A stretch of 64,000 nt of DNA from IMG/VR virus record IMGVR_UViG_3300042891_001180; one strand, given 5' to 3'. The translations under genes and the position numbers were made by a program. Under the pieces are notes generated by a model. That model was not told where the DNA came from. It ran no database searches and saw only the letters and a program-made list of their open reading frames with translations. Of the stretch, positions 39,115 through 49,032 are shown piece after piece (position 1 is the stretch's first letter; each line of letters opens with the position of its first letter). The stretch is from a virus.

Positions 39115-39509
39115 TATCTTATTCTTGTTATTAATGTGGTTAAAGTAATGGGTCTATCGGAGTTATTTAATCTAAAAATTATATCGCAAATAATATCATT
39201 TTCATCGACTTTTTCTCGCAAACTTATTTCTAATACCGTTACTCTAGGCTCGAACTTAGAAATTGTATCTATAATAGTCTTTTTCATGACCTGTACTGTT
39301 ACAGGGTTAAAGTTCTCAAATAAAAGACCATGTATTTGACAACCAATCTCTGGATGAAAGGGACGCTCGTAATGTCTCGTAGACACTAAATTTCTAAGAG
39401 ATTGCTTGACTGCTTCTTCATCGTTCTTTTTTAATACGTCGCCGGTGACCGGATGAATAGAAAAAAGAAGATTTAAGTCTGAATATTGTCTGGTATTTCT
39501 GGTAGCCAT
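39114..39509 (-). CDS. gp25: Baseplate wedge subunit
   Basis: YSDL.L.F..HP, AVKQSLRNL..T...ERPF.P..G, FEPRV; start moved to 39509. Confidence 0.92.
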   Translation of the reverse strand: MATRNTRQYSDLNLLFSIHPVTGDVLKKNDEEAVKQSLRNLVSTRHYERPFHPEIGCQIHGLLFENFNPVTVQVMKKTIIDTISKFEPRVTVLEISLREKVDENDIICDIIFRLNNSDRPITLTTLITRIR

Positions 39510-39514
39510 GTTTA

Positions 39515-39522
39515 TATTTATA
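39515..39522 (-). promoter_or_regulatory. Late promoter for gp25 (near-leaderless)
   Basis: TATAAATA ending 5 nt before the ATG. Confidence 0.7.
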
Positions 39523-39768
39523 TCAGTTTGCGAAGGTATTCGAGCTTCCTTCACGGATACTATCGTTTCTTGTGTCTCTATCTCCTATTCTACAAATCCC
39601 TCTTCCGTTTGCAAAAACTTTAGAGCTTCCCCCTACCATTGTATCCAGGCGTGTATCCCTATCACCGATTCTAACAACACCAAACCCGTTTACAAAAACG
39701 GTAGAGCTTCCATTATTCTTAGTATCGTTTCTGGTGTCTTTATCACCAATTCTTGCAATCCCAGCCAT
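39523..39768 (-). CDS. PAAR-like spike tip protein (gp5.4 equivalent)
   Basis: Three RIGD...GSS..F.N(G) repeats; lies between gp5 and gp25. Confidence 0.8.
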   Translation of the reverse strand: MAGIARIGDKDTRNDTKNNGSSTVFVNGFGVVRIGDRDTRLDTMVGGSSKVFANGRGICRIGDRDTRNDSIREGSSNTFAN

Positions 39769-42056
39769 TATGCTAATTGTGTTAGACCCTGGGAGTGGGT
39801 CTTATGGTTATAGAAAGTTAATACCTGACTTCTATTCTTAACAGAATAGGAAATATGAATCCAAGGATTTTTTGCATAGCTGCAATACTCTAATATCATT
39901 TGATCGTATTTAAGAACTTTTGCAAGTTTAGTAGCTATTTCAAAATATTCTTTCTTTGTAATGCCTTTAAATTGTATATCTACGCCTTGACCGAGAGGGT
40001 GCTGGGAGGTCTTAGCATTAGATGCATTCCCTGGATCCCTGAAGGCTGATGTAACAAACATATTAGGGTATATCTTCTTTACTGGTTCAAGCACATTAAG
40101 CGCTATAGCCTGTAGATTAAAAATGATTTCCCCGTAAGTAGCTTTTTCATGACCCCGGATAAGGTCCCGGGTAACTGCTGCTTTACTTGATAACATCTCA
40201 ACTGTAAAGTTTGGCGATAGATTATAATTACCTGGCAATTGCGTTACAGTTTTTAACTTAACATCTGGTTCAACAAAGTTCTGCTGCTCAGATTCCACTG
40301 TTGCATTATCTACTGCAGTCGGTGGTTCTGATAAATCAGCTGCATTAGCAAATCCTTCACTTATAATTAAATTCTTTTGACTATTAAAGTCTTCTAGAGA
40401 TTGAGTTTCTTCTTCTAATGCAATCGACCGACTATCGGCTAAAGAAAGAACCAAAGGATCATTTTTATCGTTATCGGTTATATCTTTGCGGCCTGCAATC
40501 ACCCCAATCTTAGAAGATCCTGCAATAATGCTTTCTTGAGATTCAGAAGCAGCACCGGCATTACCTGATTGTAGGTGTGTTTCACTGCCATCGAGATTAA
40601 CGCTATTACTAGCTAGTAAATTAATTGCTGCACCAGAATCAATATTAGTATTATCTCCAGCTTTAATATTGATAGCTCCGGCTGCTTGAGTGTAAACAGT
40701 ATCGGAAACAAAGTCATAGAGATTTGTTGCTTGCACTTTAATATCAGCATTACTACGCATATGCATATTTTCCTTTGAATGCATATTTAATGTAGTAGCT
40801 TTTTGATTCATGGTATAGTATGCTTCAATATTTACATTACCACTCGCTATATTAAACTCTTCTACAGCTGAAAGATTAAACGTGCCTCCTGCCTGGGCGG
40901 TAATATCGTTATGACAGGTTAAGTTAACGTCACCCTCTACCTCAATATTAGCATCATTACCAACAAAAATATTACACGCACCATTAATTGAAATATCTGC
41001 TTTACCAGCTATTGATATTTTTCCATTACGATCAATAATTTCATATGAAGATCCTTTTGTTCTTTTAACCATCGAGCCATTAGCATCTATTTCAATATAG
41101 GTACCAGACTTATGATAAATGTGAAGACGTTCTGAACCTGGGGTATCATCAATTTCAATAATATGACCAGATTCAGTTTGAGTTACTTTATTATACGGAT
41201 ATGCACCACGGTAAGCTGACTCGGGTTCATCCCATGCCTCACCTCCAGGGAGTTTGGCACCCTTCATCCTATTATTATTTTTTTCTTGAACTATTGTACC
41301 CCGGGCATCACCCTGGGCAAGTTTATTAGTCTCTGAAATACCCGCATACTCTTTAGTAGGGTAATTAGCATTAGGGTCGGTAAACCCTCTTTCTAATACT
41401 TCTAATTTTTCTCTATTTTCAGTAGAGTTAATATCAAACTGTTTAGCCTCTTGTAGAGCAGAATTAGCACCACTTGATACAAATATTTCATCTGCTTTAT
41501 TTAATGCTTCTTCAGGAGGAAAGTTACCAAATAAAGTTTCAATATTATTAGTTGTTACTTTAGGTTTCTGACCTCTACCAAATATAGCATCTGCAAAGCC
41601 CCCGACTGCAGTAGTAAGAGTCTTTCCAACAGTTGGTGTAATGCCCTGGATTAAGCTTGCTGATAATGCATCAAAATTTATAATACCTAATTTATCAGTA
41701 GGTAGAGATAGTCTTAATTGAGATTGTAATTTACTAACTATCTTATCGGTAGTTTGTAAAAGTAATTGCTGTTGAATAATACCATCAATGTTATTGCTGA
41801 TGGTAGTAGGGCTATTATTATTATTAGTAATATTTACCGGATTTATAGATCCAATAATATTTTTAGGTATATCGGTAAGTTGTTGATTCGAGGCTTGACT
41901 TACCTGCCTTACAATATCAACTGCCCCTACCTCAGCCACCCTCGATATTACCGCCCTTAGTATAGGGTTAGGTATATTTAAGTTGAGAGCAATAATCTTG
42001 TTAAAGATACTGTTCTCAAGTACACCTTGTATTTGTTTAGTTATTAAGGGATCCAT
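39768..42056 (-). CDS. gp5 C-terminal part: beta-helix spike plus peptidase M15-like domain
   Basis: YPYNKV..TESGH..EIDDTPG.ERL...H.SGTY.E; beta-helix repeats; LSPNFT, SAFR, SQH..GQ.VDI, WIHIS. Confidence 0.8.
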   Translation of the reverse strand: MDPLITKQIQGVLENSIFNKIIALNLNIPNPILRAVISRVAEVGAVDIVRQVSQASNQQLTDIPKNIIGSINPVNITNNNNSPTTISNNIDGIIQQQLLLQTTDKIVSKLQSQLRLSLPTDKLGIINFDALSASLIQGITPTVGKTLTTAVGGFADAIFGRGQKPKVTTNNIETLFGNFPPEEALNKADEIFVSSGANSALQEAKQFDINSTENREKLEVLERGFTDPNANYPTKEYAGISETNKLAQGDARGTIVQEKNNNRMKGAKLPGGEAWDEPESAYRGAYPYNKVTQTESGHIIEIDDTPGSERLHIYHKSGTYIEIDANGSMVKRTKGSSYEIIDRNGKISIAGKADISINGACNIFVGNDANIEVEGDVNLTCHNDITAQAGGTFNLSAVEEFNIASGNVNIEAYYTMNQKATTLNMHSKENMHMRSNADIKVQATNLYDFVSDTVYTQAAGAINIKAGDNTNIDSGAAINLLASNSVNLDGSETHLQSGNAGAASESQESIIAGSSKIGVIAGRKDITDNDKNDPLVLSLADSRSIALEEETQSLEDFNSQKNLIISEGFANAADLSEPPTAVDNATVESEQQNFVEPDVKLKTVTQLPGNYNLSPNFTVEMLSSKAAVTRDLIRGHEKATYGEIIFNLQAIALNVLEPVKKIYPNMFVTSAFRDPGNASNAKTSQHPLGQGVDIQFKGITKKEYFEIATKLAKVLKYDQMILEYCSYAKNPWIHISYSVKNRSQVLTFYNHKTHSQGLTQLA

Positions 42057-43141
42057 TAGGTAATCAATTTAAGTAGTGCTTGTTTTTCTGATTGATAACG
42101 CGATTTAACACCAGCTCGTATAGATTCCGAACTTGATTTAAATAAAGTATCGACGTTATTAATTTTATATTCGCTTACCAGGGTTACGATGTCTTTATCT
42201 GTAAGGGTACTTTTATCTCTTAACGCCTCGGTAAAAGCCTTAATATTAGCAGGACCAAATTGTACTGCCCCTGACCAAATTAAATCCTGGACTGCAGGCC
42301 CGTACTTAGTTAAATCTAATCCTTTTCTTTGCAGATTTGATACTGCTACATCGTAATATTTCTTTTGAATATAATCGTGTTGTTCTTTTTTAAAGTCTGC
42401 AGCATTTGTAGTTGCAATCTCTTTCCATTTAGCATCAAAGGCAGCCGTGGCAGGTTCTAACCCTGCAAATTTTTCTTTAAACTTAGAGTTGTTTAAAAAT
42501 TGAATAACAGGAGAGTTTTTAGCTGATGGTCTTGCTTTACCTGTTGACATAACTGCTGGTAAGAAAGATGCAAGTTGATAGGTACCGTAAGATGCACCAC
42601 CTAGATCGCCACCTGCACCTCCATTGTACGCATTAATCGTACCTGGACCCTTGCCACCGGATTCATATTTTTCAGATGTTTGACCAAGCTCCCAACCTTC
42701 AACAGTTGGTGTACCGACCTTAACTGGCTCACCTTGACCGTCAACAACTATATTACCTGAACCGTCTTTAAGTACTCCATCGTTAGGGTTAGATACTTGA
42801 GGTTTTTCTTCTAGTACTCTAAATGCTTTATTAGCTGCCTTGGTTGCAATAGTACCAAAGATGGCCGGTTGCTGCATGTCTTCACCATCAAGGAAGAATC
42901 CAATGACCCATGTACCTTCAACAGGCCCTAGCGGTGAAGAACCAATACCTGAAATGGCAGCCGAGGTGATAGGTTGTATAGGAGTTGCCCAGGGAAGATC
43001 TTTTGTAGGAAGAATTACTTTATTGTCTGTATGATAGCCGTATATACGAACTCTACATCTACCCATTTTTTCAGGATCCATGCGATCTTCTACGACCCCA
43101 ATCCACCAATTAAAACCATCCTTGTTAAAAATTCTTTGCAT
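42056..43141 (-). CDS. gp5: gp5 N-terminal part: OB-fold plus lysozyme-like (VgrG3-C-like) domain
   Basis: WWIGVVEDR.DP.K.GR.RVR, LPWA, GTWVIGFFLDG...QQP; LG.TS.KYESGG, D.GG.SYG.YQL, WS.AVQ.G. Confidence 0.8.
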   Translation of the reverse strand: MQRIFNKDGFNWWIGVVEDRMDPEKMGRCRVRIYGYHTDNKVILPTKDLPWATPIQPITSAAISGIGSSPLGPVEGTWVIGFFLDGEDMQQPAIFGTIATKAANKAFRVLEEKPQVSNPNDGVLKDGSGNIVVDGQGEPVKVGTPTVEGWELGQTSEKYESGGKGPGTINAYNGGAGGDLGGASYGTYQLASFLPAVMSTGKARPSAKNSPVIQFLNNSKFKEKFAGLEPATAAFDAKWKEIATTNAADFKKEQHDYIQKKYYDVAVSNLQRKGLDLTKYGPAVQDLIWSGAVQFGPANIKAFTEALRDKSTLTDKDIVTLVSEYKINNVDTLFKSSSESIRAGVKSRYQSEKQALLKLIT

Positions 43142-43143
43142 AA

Positions 43144-44520
43144 TTAAACTTTCTCAATACTTTCTTGATCGACAAATAAAGAATCTTTTATTACTTCCAT
43201 TACCATTTGATGTTCAAATTTATTTACTTTATGATGTATAGCAGTAATAAGATAGTACCCAGAATATAGTTTATCTTGAGCAGTTGAACCGGTATCACTT
43301 TCACTTTTACCACCCATTGAAGGGTACTCAAAATAAATTAATCTCCCTACTTCTGCATCCGTTCTACCTGGTACAGTCATATTCATTTTAATATTGGTAA
43401 GTTCAAGCATACTTGATAAACGATTACCATGAATCTCGCCCATTTTTTCGCTTACGTTATCAGCATAGTCATTAAATAGTTTTGGATTTTTAGGGTAAAA
43501 ACTTATGTTGGTTGCAAAATTTCTAAATGTTTCATTATTAAAAACTGGCTTAGCCTCTTTACCAATGCCTGAAGTATGAAACTGCTTATCATAATTAGTT
43601 ACATGATCATAATCAATCAGTTCATACTCTTTGTTAAATACATCTAGATATATTAATCTATTACCAAGATACCCGTTAGTATAATTTTTAATATAATCTG
43701 TTGACTCTATCATTTCAACATCTTTAGCTAAAAACATCTCTCTATTTACATTTTGAGTATTTTTATCTTCACGAACATTAGAGGCAGATATAAGATACCT
43801 ACCTAGGTAATTTTTTTCTTGGTGAGCATTTCTAAATAAGTTTTCAAGAGTACCTAGATAAAAGCTTTTATTAGATTCAAAAAATATAAAGTTTTTAGCT
43901 ACCCCATCCTTTGGTATGGCTTTAGTAGCTAACCAATTAATGCATTTAAATGGAGACCAACCAGGGGAAACAAATTTTACTTTATTAGAAGACTCATTTA
44001 AAACTATTAAATCAGTACCAGAATTACCTTCGGTTACATTTTCATTGCTTTCTGATATATTAAATTTACGTGTACTAGCTAAGAAGTCTGTAAATATCTT
44101 ACCAGCAACATCTGTAACTATACCTTCAAAAGGAGAAAATAAAGGTAAAGATATATCATAAAAAAATTCAATAGAGATAAAATGTAATGTAAAATTTTGT
44201 GTATTATTATCTCTAACTATATTTCTATCAGTTAATTTATAGACTCTAAAAGTCTTTTCTATAACTTGATTATCAGGGAAAGAAGGAGTTCTTAGTTTTA
44301 CATTTAAAAACTCTTCTCCGTGAATATTGAACTTATCGATAATATTTCTACTATCCGTTAAAACTATATTACCGTTAAGATAATTTTTAAATATATCTTC
44401 GTATATGTTAAGTTCGACTACAAATTCAGTAAGGTCTATAACTTCATCACTTGCGTTAATAAGTTTAAGTTGCTCAATTCGTACCTCCCCAGCGCGCTGC
44501 AGACCTTGTTCACCAATCAT
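43144..44520 (-). CDS. Baseplate hub / tail protein (gp27-like)
   Basis: IYEDI...L.G...L.DS, GEE, FFES, VPG....VG, YSG.YLITAIHH; synteny. Confidence 0.65.
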   Translation of the reverse strand: MIGEQGLQRAGEVRIEQLKLINASDEVIDLTEFVVELNIYEDIFKNYLNGNIVLTDSRNIIDKFNIHGEEFLNVKLRTPSFPDNQVIEKTFRVYKLTDRNIVRDNNTQNFTLHFISIEFFYDISLPLFSPFEGIVTDVAGKIFTDFLASTRKFNISESNENVTEGNSGTDLIVLNESSNKVKFVSPGWSPFKCINWLATKAIPKDGVAKNFIFFESNKSFYLGTLENLFRNAHQEKNYLGRYLISASNVREDKNTQNVNREMFLAKDVEMIESTDYIKNYTNGYLGNRLIYLDVFNKEYELIDYDHVTNYDKQFHTSGIGKEAKPVFNNETFRNFATNISFYPKNPKLFNDYADNVSEKMGEIHGNRLSSMLELTNIKMNMTVPGRTDAEVGRLIYFEYPSMGGKSESDTGSTAQDKLYSGYYLITAIHHKVNKFEHQMVMEVIKDSLFVDQESIEKV

Positions 44521-45215
44521 TATTCACTCAATTTCTTTTTAAAATCATTTACTACCGCATCTACATAGGAAGCTTTTAATATTTTAATTCTGCGTTTAGA
44601 TTCATTAACTCTATCTTCATATATTAAATTAGTAACTGGGGTACCTGTAAGGGTAGTGGTAGTTGAGATATTACCAATTATAGAAGTATTAGAAGCTAGT
44701 ACAAATTGATCTCCTGAAATAAAGCCACCGGTAGTTACAGTTACAAATACATTTGAATTACTTATCTTAGATGTAATTACACCTGAACCAATATTAGTAT
44801 TATTGGTGATAGGGTCGTTAAGTGCAAAATTACCGAATGAATTATTAGATGTAAGTATTACATTCCCGTTAATGTAGTTTAGGTTAGCATCTTCATAGTG
44901 ATGTATACCATTCACATCTGTGTATTTACCAGCAACATAAAGGTTTAAATTGTTAGTACTTAGAGGCCAGTCAAATCTCGGATCTATAATATCATTATAG
45001 TGCAGTACAAGCCAGTGTAATTCAGAATTTCTATAGAACTTATCAGCTACCAGTTCCGGCGTCTCTCCATCTTTTACATCGTACTCGTCAAACAATGCTA
45101 GATTATTTTTTACCTCATCAGCAAGAGTTACCCGGGTAGTAATGTTGGTTACGACTTGTACTGTACTCGTATCATCTAAAGAATAAAGTGTATAGGGAAA
45201 ACTTTTAAAGTACAT
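44520..45215 (-). CDS. gp53: Baseplate wedge protein
   Basis: YF..FP, DGETPE.VA.K.Y....HWLVL..N.I.DP..DWP, YE..VNE.KR.IKIL. Confidence 0.9.
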   Translation of the reverse strand: MYFKSFPYTLYSLDDTSTVQVVTNITTRVTLADEVKNNLALFDEYDVKDGETPELVADKFYRNSELHWLVLHYNDIIDPRFDWPLSTNNLNLYVAGKYTDVNGIHHYEDANLNYINGNVILTSNNSFGNFALNDPITNNTNIGSGVITSKISNSNVFVTVTTGGFISGDQFVLASNTSIIGNISTTTTLTGTPVTNLIYEDRVNESKRRIKILKASYVDAVVNDFKKKLSE

Positions 45216-46357
45216 TAGTATCCTTCACTTATCATATTCTTAGTGAGAATTTCAAGTTCACGGAACGTTAACGACATATTAATTTCAGTTGGTGATCCAT
45301 CTCTAAATGATGAGAATTGTTCTCCACCGTAGCTTACATCCATATTTTCTAACACACATGTTGCAAATCTATGAAAGTAACCGTTTTCATCATTACCAAA
45401 ATAGTAGGTGATGTTAAATTCTGAAGGGTAAATAAAAAATAATTTACCAGCTGACATTTCCGGATGCATATGAAATTTAAAGGTCTCTATAATTTTATGT
45501 ACATCGTCAGATTCTCTTTTATTTTTAGGATAAAATTTATATTTAAAAGCAAAAGACCTAAAATCAACAGACTCAAATACGGTTTCTCTAAAAGGGTTTA
45601 AAGCAGTTCCAGTTGATACACTTAATGCTGAAGCAATATCTGCTGCACCAAAGGCACCGGGTAACTTAGCAAGTGTGGCTCCTATTGCTGCTCCTGCTTC
45701 TACAGAGCCTGCTTTAAATCCTGCACCGTCAATAACACTACCACTTAATACCCCTAACAATGTACCTAGCTCTTTATTAGCATAGTTCATACTGTATTTT
45801 ACAGTTGGGGGACCATCAACGTAAAGAGCAATTGCATCAGAAATTCTATAGGTTGTATCAGGCTTTAAAATAGCTGAGGCTGCTACTGCACCTCCAACTG
45901 CAACTGCGGCTGCGGCGCCTGTTAAATTGGCTCCGGTGTTTATAGCAGCCTCTTTTAAATCTCTTTGAGCCGTAGTTAAATTCTTACCCCCTGTTAGACC
46001 GAAAGATTTAGCAGCTCCTTTAACTAATGCTGAAACAGCAACCCCGGCAGTAGCTCCTGCAGCTATAGCAGTAGTTGCTCTTATAGGACCACTAGCAAGT
46101 TGATCAGGAGATAGGTTAGCCGAATTAGGGTTCTTTTTTACTTCAAATTGCACCTTATCAGCATTAAACTTAGATTTCCCTCTAATATTAATATTAAATA
46201 AAATGTAATGTTTTAAATTATCTGCTATTTGAAGGTCTGAAGGATACTGCCTAATACTAACATTAAAGCGATTTTTATCAATGCTACCACCCGAGCTTGT
46301 ACTCTCCTTGTAAGCATCTAAGGCTGTTTTCTGGCGTTCTTTAATATCTGCGGCCAT
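45215..46357 (-). CDS. gp48: Baseplate tail-tube cap
   Basis: QYP.DL, NP..E..F....FR.F.F.Y.F.P, YPSEF.I, CVL....V.Y, L.F.ELE. Confidence 0.85.
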   Translation of the reverse strand: MAADIKERQKTALDAYKESTSSGGSIDKNRFNVSIRQYPSDLQIADNLKHYILFNINIRGKSKFNADKVQFEVKKNPNSANLSPDQLASGPIRATTAIAAGATAGVAVSALVKGAAKSFGLTGGKNLTTAQRDLKEAAINTGANLTGAAAAVAVGGAVAASAILKPDTTYRISDAIALYVDGPPTVKYSMNYANKELGTLLGVLSGSVIDGAGFKAGSVEAGAAIGATLAKLPGAFGAADIASALSVSTGTALNPFRETVFESVDFRSFAFKYKFYPKNKRESDDVHKIIETFKFHMHPEMSAGKLFFIYPSEFNITYYFGNDENGYFHRFATCVLENMDVSYGGEQFSSFRDGSPTEINMSLTFRELEILTKNMISEGY

Positions 46358-46367
46358 AGGGAATTTC

Positions 46368-46401
46368 CATAAATAGTAGATTAAGTTATATTATATTTAT
46401 C
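46368..46401. promoter_or_regulatory. Face-to-face late-promoter variants at the gp48/gp4 divergence
   Basis: CATAAATA (+, 46368-46375) and GATAAATA (-, 46394-46401). Confidence 0.55.
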
Positions 46402-46406
46402 CCGTT

Positions 46407-46850
46407 ATGTACAAATCAACTCACAGAGGACGTTACAGGATCTCTAACCCTGTAAAATACAGAGGTAACATTCATGATGTTATCTACAGATCGTCGTGGG
46501 AATTAAAATTTATGAAATGGTGTGATAATAATGTATCTGTACTGGAATGGGGTTCAGAAACTATGATTATACCTTATAAGTCTCCAGTTGATAGCAAAAT
46601 ACATCGTTATTTTGTAGATTTCTATATACGGGTTAAAGACAAACATGGGGGCATTACTAAGTATTTAATTGAGATTAAACCAGAAAAATTTACGAAACCA
46701 CCAGCTATCCCTCAACGCCAAACTAAAAGATTCATTGATGAGGTGTTTCAATACGGAGTTAATCAATCTAAATGGAAAGCAGCTGACGAGTATTGTGTAG
46801 ATAGAGGTATGAAATTCCTAGTTTTAACCGAAAAAGACCTTGGGCTATAA
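46407..46850 (+). CDS. gp4: Head completion protein (TnsA-like nuclease fold)
   Basis: NP.KY.G, YRSSWE, W.SE...IPY, HRYFVDF, EIKP, N..KW.AA. Confidence 0.92.
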   Translation: MYKSTHRGRYRISNPVKYRGNIHDVIYRSSWELKFMKWCDNNVSVLEWGSETMIIPYKSPVDSKIHRYFVDFYIRVKDKHGGITKYLIEIKPEKFTKPPAIPQRQTKRFIDEVFQYGVNQSKWKAADEYCVDRGMKFLVLTEKDLGL

Positions 46851-46865
46851 CGGATAAATATTATT

Positions 46866-47435
46866 ATGGCAACTGTTAATCCTTTTCAAGATATTAGAAT
46901 GAAGGCGGGTGATGTAGATCGCTCTCTTAACTGGTATCAGGTTCAAATTAAGAACCTTAAAAACGTCAGACCTAATCAGTTGATGGCAAATACACCTGAG
47001 TTAACGACAACCATTATGCCTGGTAACATGTATATGTTCTTTTACGATGCTAAGTTAAAAGACAAATTACCTTACTGGGATATGTTTCCTTTGGTACTGC
47101 CTTTTAGAAAAGTACCGGGTGGGTTCTTTGGATTAAATTTGCATTATATACCTTACCCTGTCAGATTTAAATTACTTGCTGCGATGCATGATTTAGCTTA
47201 CGATGCTAAGGTTACTGAAAATACAAGACTTCAGTTAAACTGGAGAATATTGAATGCTTCAACTAGATATGCACCAGTTAAGGCTTGTGTAAAACATTAT
47301 CTTTTTGATCAGCTTCAATCTAGATTTTTAAAGGTACATTACCCTGATTGGGTTACTGCTTCACAACTACCTGTTGAGAGGTTTGTTGGAGCTAATAAAA
47401 CAGAGGTCTGGAGAGATTCCAGAAAAAAATACTAA
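46866..47435 (+). CDS. gp2: DNA end protector protein
   Basis: YDAK.K..LPYWD.FPL, GLNLHY, VKHYL; GATAAATA at 46853-46860. Confidence 0.9.
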   Translation: MATVNPFQDIRMKAGDVDRSLNWYQVQIKNLKNVRPNQLMANTPELTTTIMPGNMYMFFYDAKLKDKLPYWDMFPLVLPFRKVPGGFFGLNLHYIPYPVRFKLLAAMHDLAYDAKVTENTRLQLNWRILNASTRYAPVKACVKHYLFDQLQSRFLKVHYPDWVTASQLPVERFVGANKTEVWRDSRKKY

Positions 47436-48127
47436 TGGCAAAGTCTAATTTTAATTTAAGTCAGTTTATAGGTGCAGTTAGAGAAGATAGTCTGGCCAGA
47501 GTAAATAGGTTTGAGGTCTTTATTAATGCTCCAAGCTCCCTAACCAATAAAAATATTGCTAACTCAGGTGCTATAAGTTTATATTGTGAGATGGCAAGTT
47601 TACCCCCTGTAAATATATCGACTAAGTCTTTTAAGATCTTTGGCCCTACCTATCAAAGACCGTTTAGCGCGGAGTACGGAGGCGAAGGTATTTCTATGAC
47701 TTTTCACGTTGATAGGGATATGCAGGTTAAAAAATTCTTTGATAATTGGACTGCTAAGGTGGTGGATCCTGATTCAGGATTTGTAGGGTTTCAAGAAGAT
47801 TATATTTCTACAATTAGACTTAGGCAGTTAAATGAGCAAGATGATATTACATATGAATTAGAGCTGTATGAAGCATTTCCTCGAAGTGTAAATCTTTTAG
47901 AATTAAATAATTCTGCTCAAAATCAAACCCATCGGCTTAACGTACTATTTGCATACCGTTACTGGAAAGATGTAAGCCCGGAATTTCAAACTATGCCAAT
48001 GGATATTCCTAGACAACGTTTGTTTCCTCAAGTACCGGTCGCTGATGTTAGAAATAGACAATTTAGTCCATTTACCGCACAACTTGAATTTGATACCCCG
48101 GGGTCTGATCTACCCATTTCAGCTTAA
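47435..48127 (+). CDS. Tail-tube initiator / tube-fold protein (gp54-like)
   Basis: AR.NRFEV, C..A.LP, FF..W, L.EAFP, V.FAYR.W. Confidence 0.75.
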   Translation: MAKSNFNLSQFIGAVREDSLARVNRFEVFINAPSSLTNKNIANSGAISLYCEMASLPPVNISTKSFKIFGPTYQRPFSAEYGGEGISMTFHVDRDMQVKKFFDNWTAKVVDPDSGFVGFQEDYISTIRLRQLNEQDDITYELELYEAFPRSVNLLELNNSAQNQTHRLNVLFAYRYWKDVSPEFQTMPMDIPRQRLFPQVPVADVRNRQFSPFTAQLEFDTPGSDLPISA

Positions 48128-48142
48128 TAATAGGAAAATATA

Positions 48143-48838
48143 ATGGCTTTACCAAAATTAGAAACACCAACGTATGAATTGATTCTACCATCGACAGGTA
48201 ATAAACTTAAATTTAGACCTTTCTTAGTTAAAGAACATAAGATTCTTTTAACTATGTCAGAAGCCGATAATAATGAGGTAGCAAGAATTATAAGAGAGTT
48301 AGTAGATGTATGTACGTTTAAAACTATAAAGATAAAAGAATTACCGCATTTTGATATTGAATATATCTTTATGCATTTAAGAGCAAAGTCAATTAGCGAG
48401 ACGGTTGAAGTTGTAGTTAATTGTGAATGTGGCGAAAAGATAGATGCTACTTTCAATATTGATGAGCTAAAGGTAGTAAAACCTGAAGGTCATTCTAATA
48501 AGATTATGATTAATGATGAAATCGGTATTGAGTTAAAGTATCCTAATATAGATGATGTTGTAGATGTATTTGCTACTAAAGATAATCAGAAGGTAATAGA
48601 TCTTATTATCAGAAGTATTAAAGCTATCTACAATCAAGAAGAGTATTGGGAGGCATCAGATCAATCGAAAGAAGAGTTAGAAGAATTTATTTATTCTTTA
48701 ACTAAAGAACAGTTTGATAAACTTGAACAGTTCTTTGTAACTTCTCCTAAGATTGTTCAGACTATTGAATGTGATTGTCCTAAGTGTGGAAAGCATAATG
48801 TTACCAAGCTTGAAGGATTACAAAATTTTTTCGTATAA
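48143..48838 (+). CDS. gp26: Baseplate hub assembly protein
   Basis: MALPK...P.YEL.LPS, RPFLVKE.K.LL, FDIEYIF..LRAKS, CxC and CPKC, LEGLQNFF. Confidence 0.9.
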   Translation: MALPKLETPTYELILPSTGNKLKFRPFLVKEHKILLTMSEADNNEVARIIRELVDVCTFKTIKIKELPHFDIEYIFMHLRAKSISETVEVVVNCECGEKIDATFNIDELKVVKPEGHSNKIMINDEIGIELKYPNIDDVVDVFATKDNQKVIDLIIRSIKAIYNQEEYWEASDQSKEELEEFIYSLTKEQFDKLEQFFVTSPKIVQTIECDCPKCGKHNVTKLEGLQNFFV

Positions 48839-49032
48839 CCCTTTCCCAGGATAGTTTAGTTAATTATTTTACACTGAACTTTTCATTAATGCACCATCAT
48901 AAGTACAGCTTGACTGAAATTGAAAATATGATGCCGTGGGAGAGGGAGATTTATGTTTCGTTATTGATAGATTTTATTAAACAAGAAAACGAGAAGTTGA
49001 AAATACTTAAACAAAATGCGAGGAATACATGA
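48829..49032 (+). CDS. gp51: gp51-like hub assembly catalyst, probably made as a -1 frameshift extension of gp26 (first in-frame ATG 48889)
   Basis: Absent from the ORF track. FRITLSQDSLVNYFTLNFSLMHHHKYSLTEIENMMPWEREIYVSLL matches the T4-like gp51 pattern; no SD before ATG 48889. Confidence 0.8.
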   Translation, partial: FRITLSQDSLVNYFTLNFSLMHHHKYSLTEIENMMPWEREIYVSLLIDFIKQENEKLKILKQNARNT

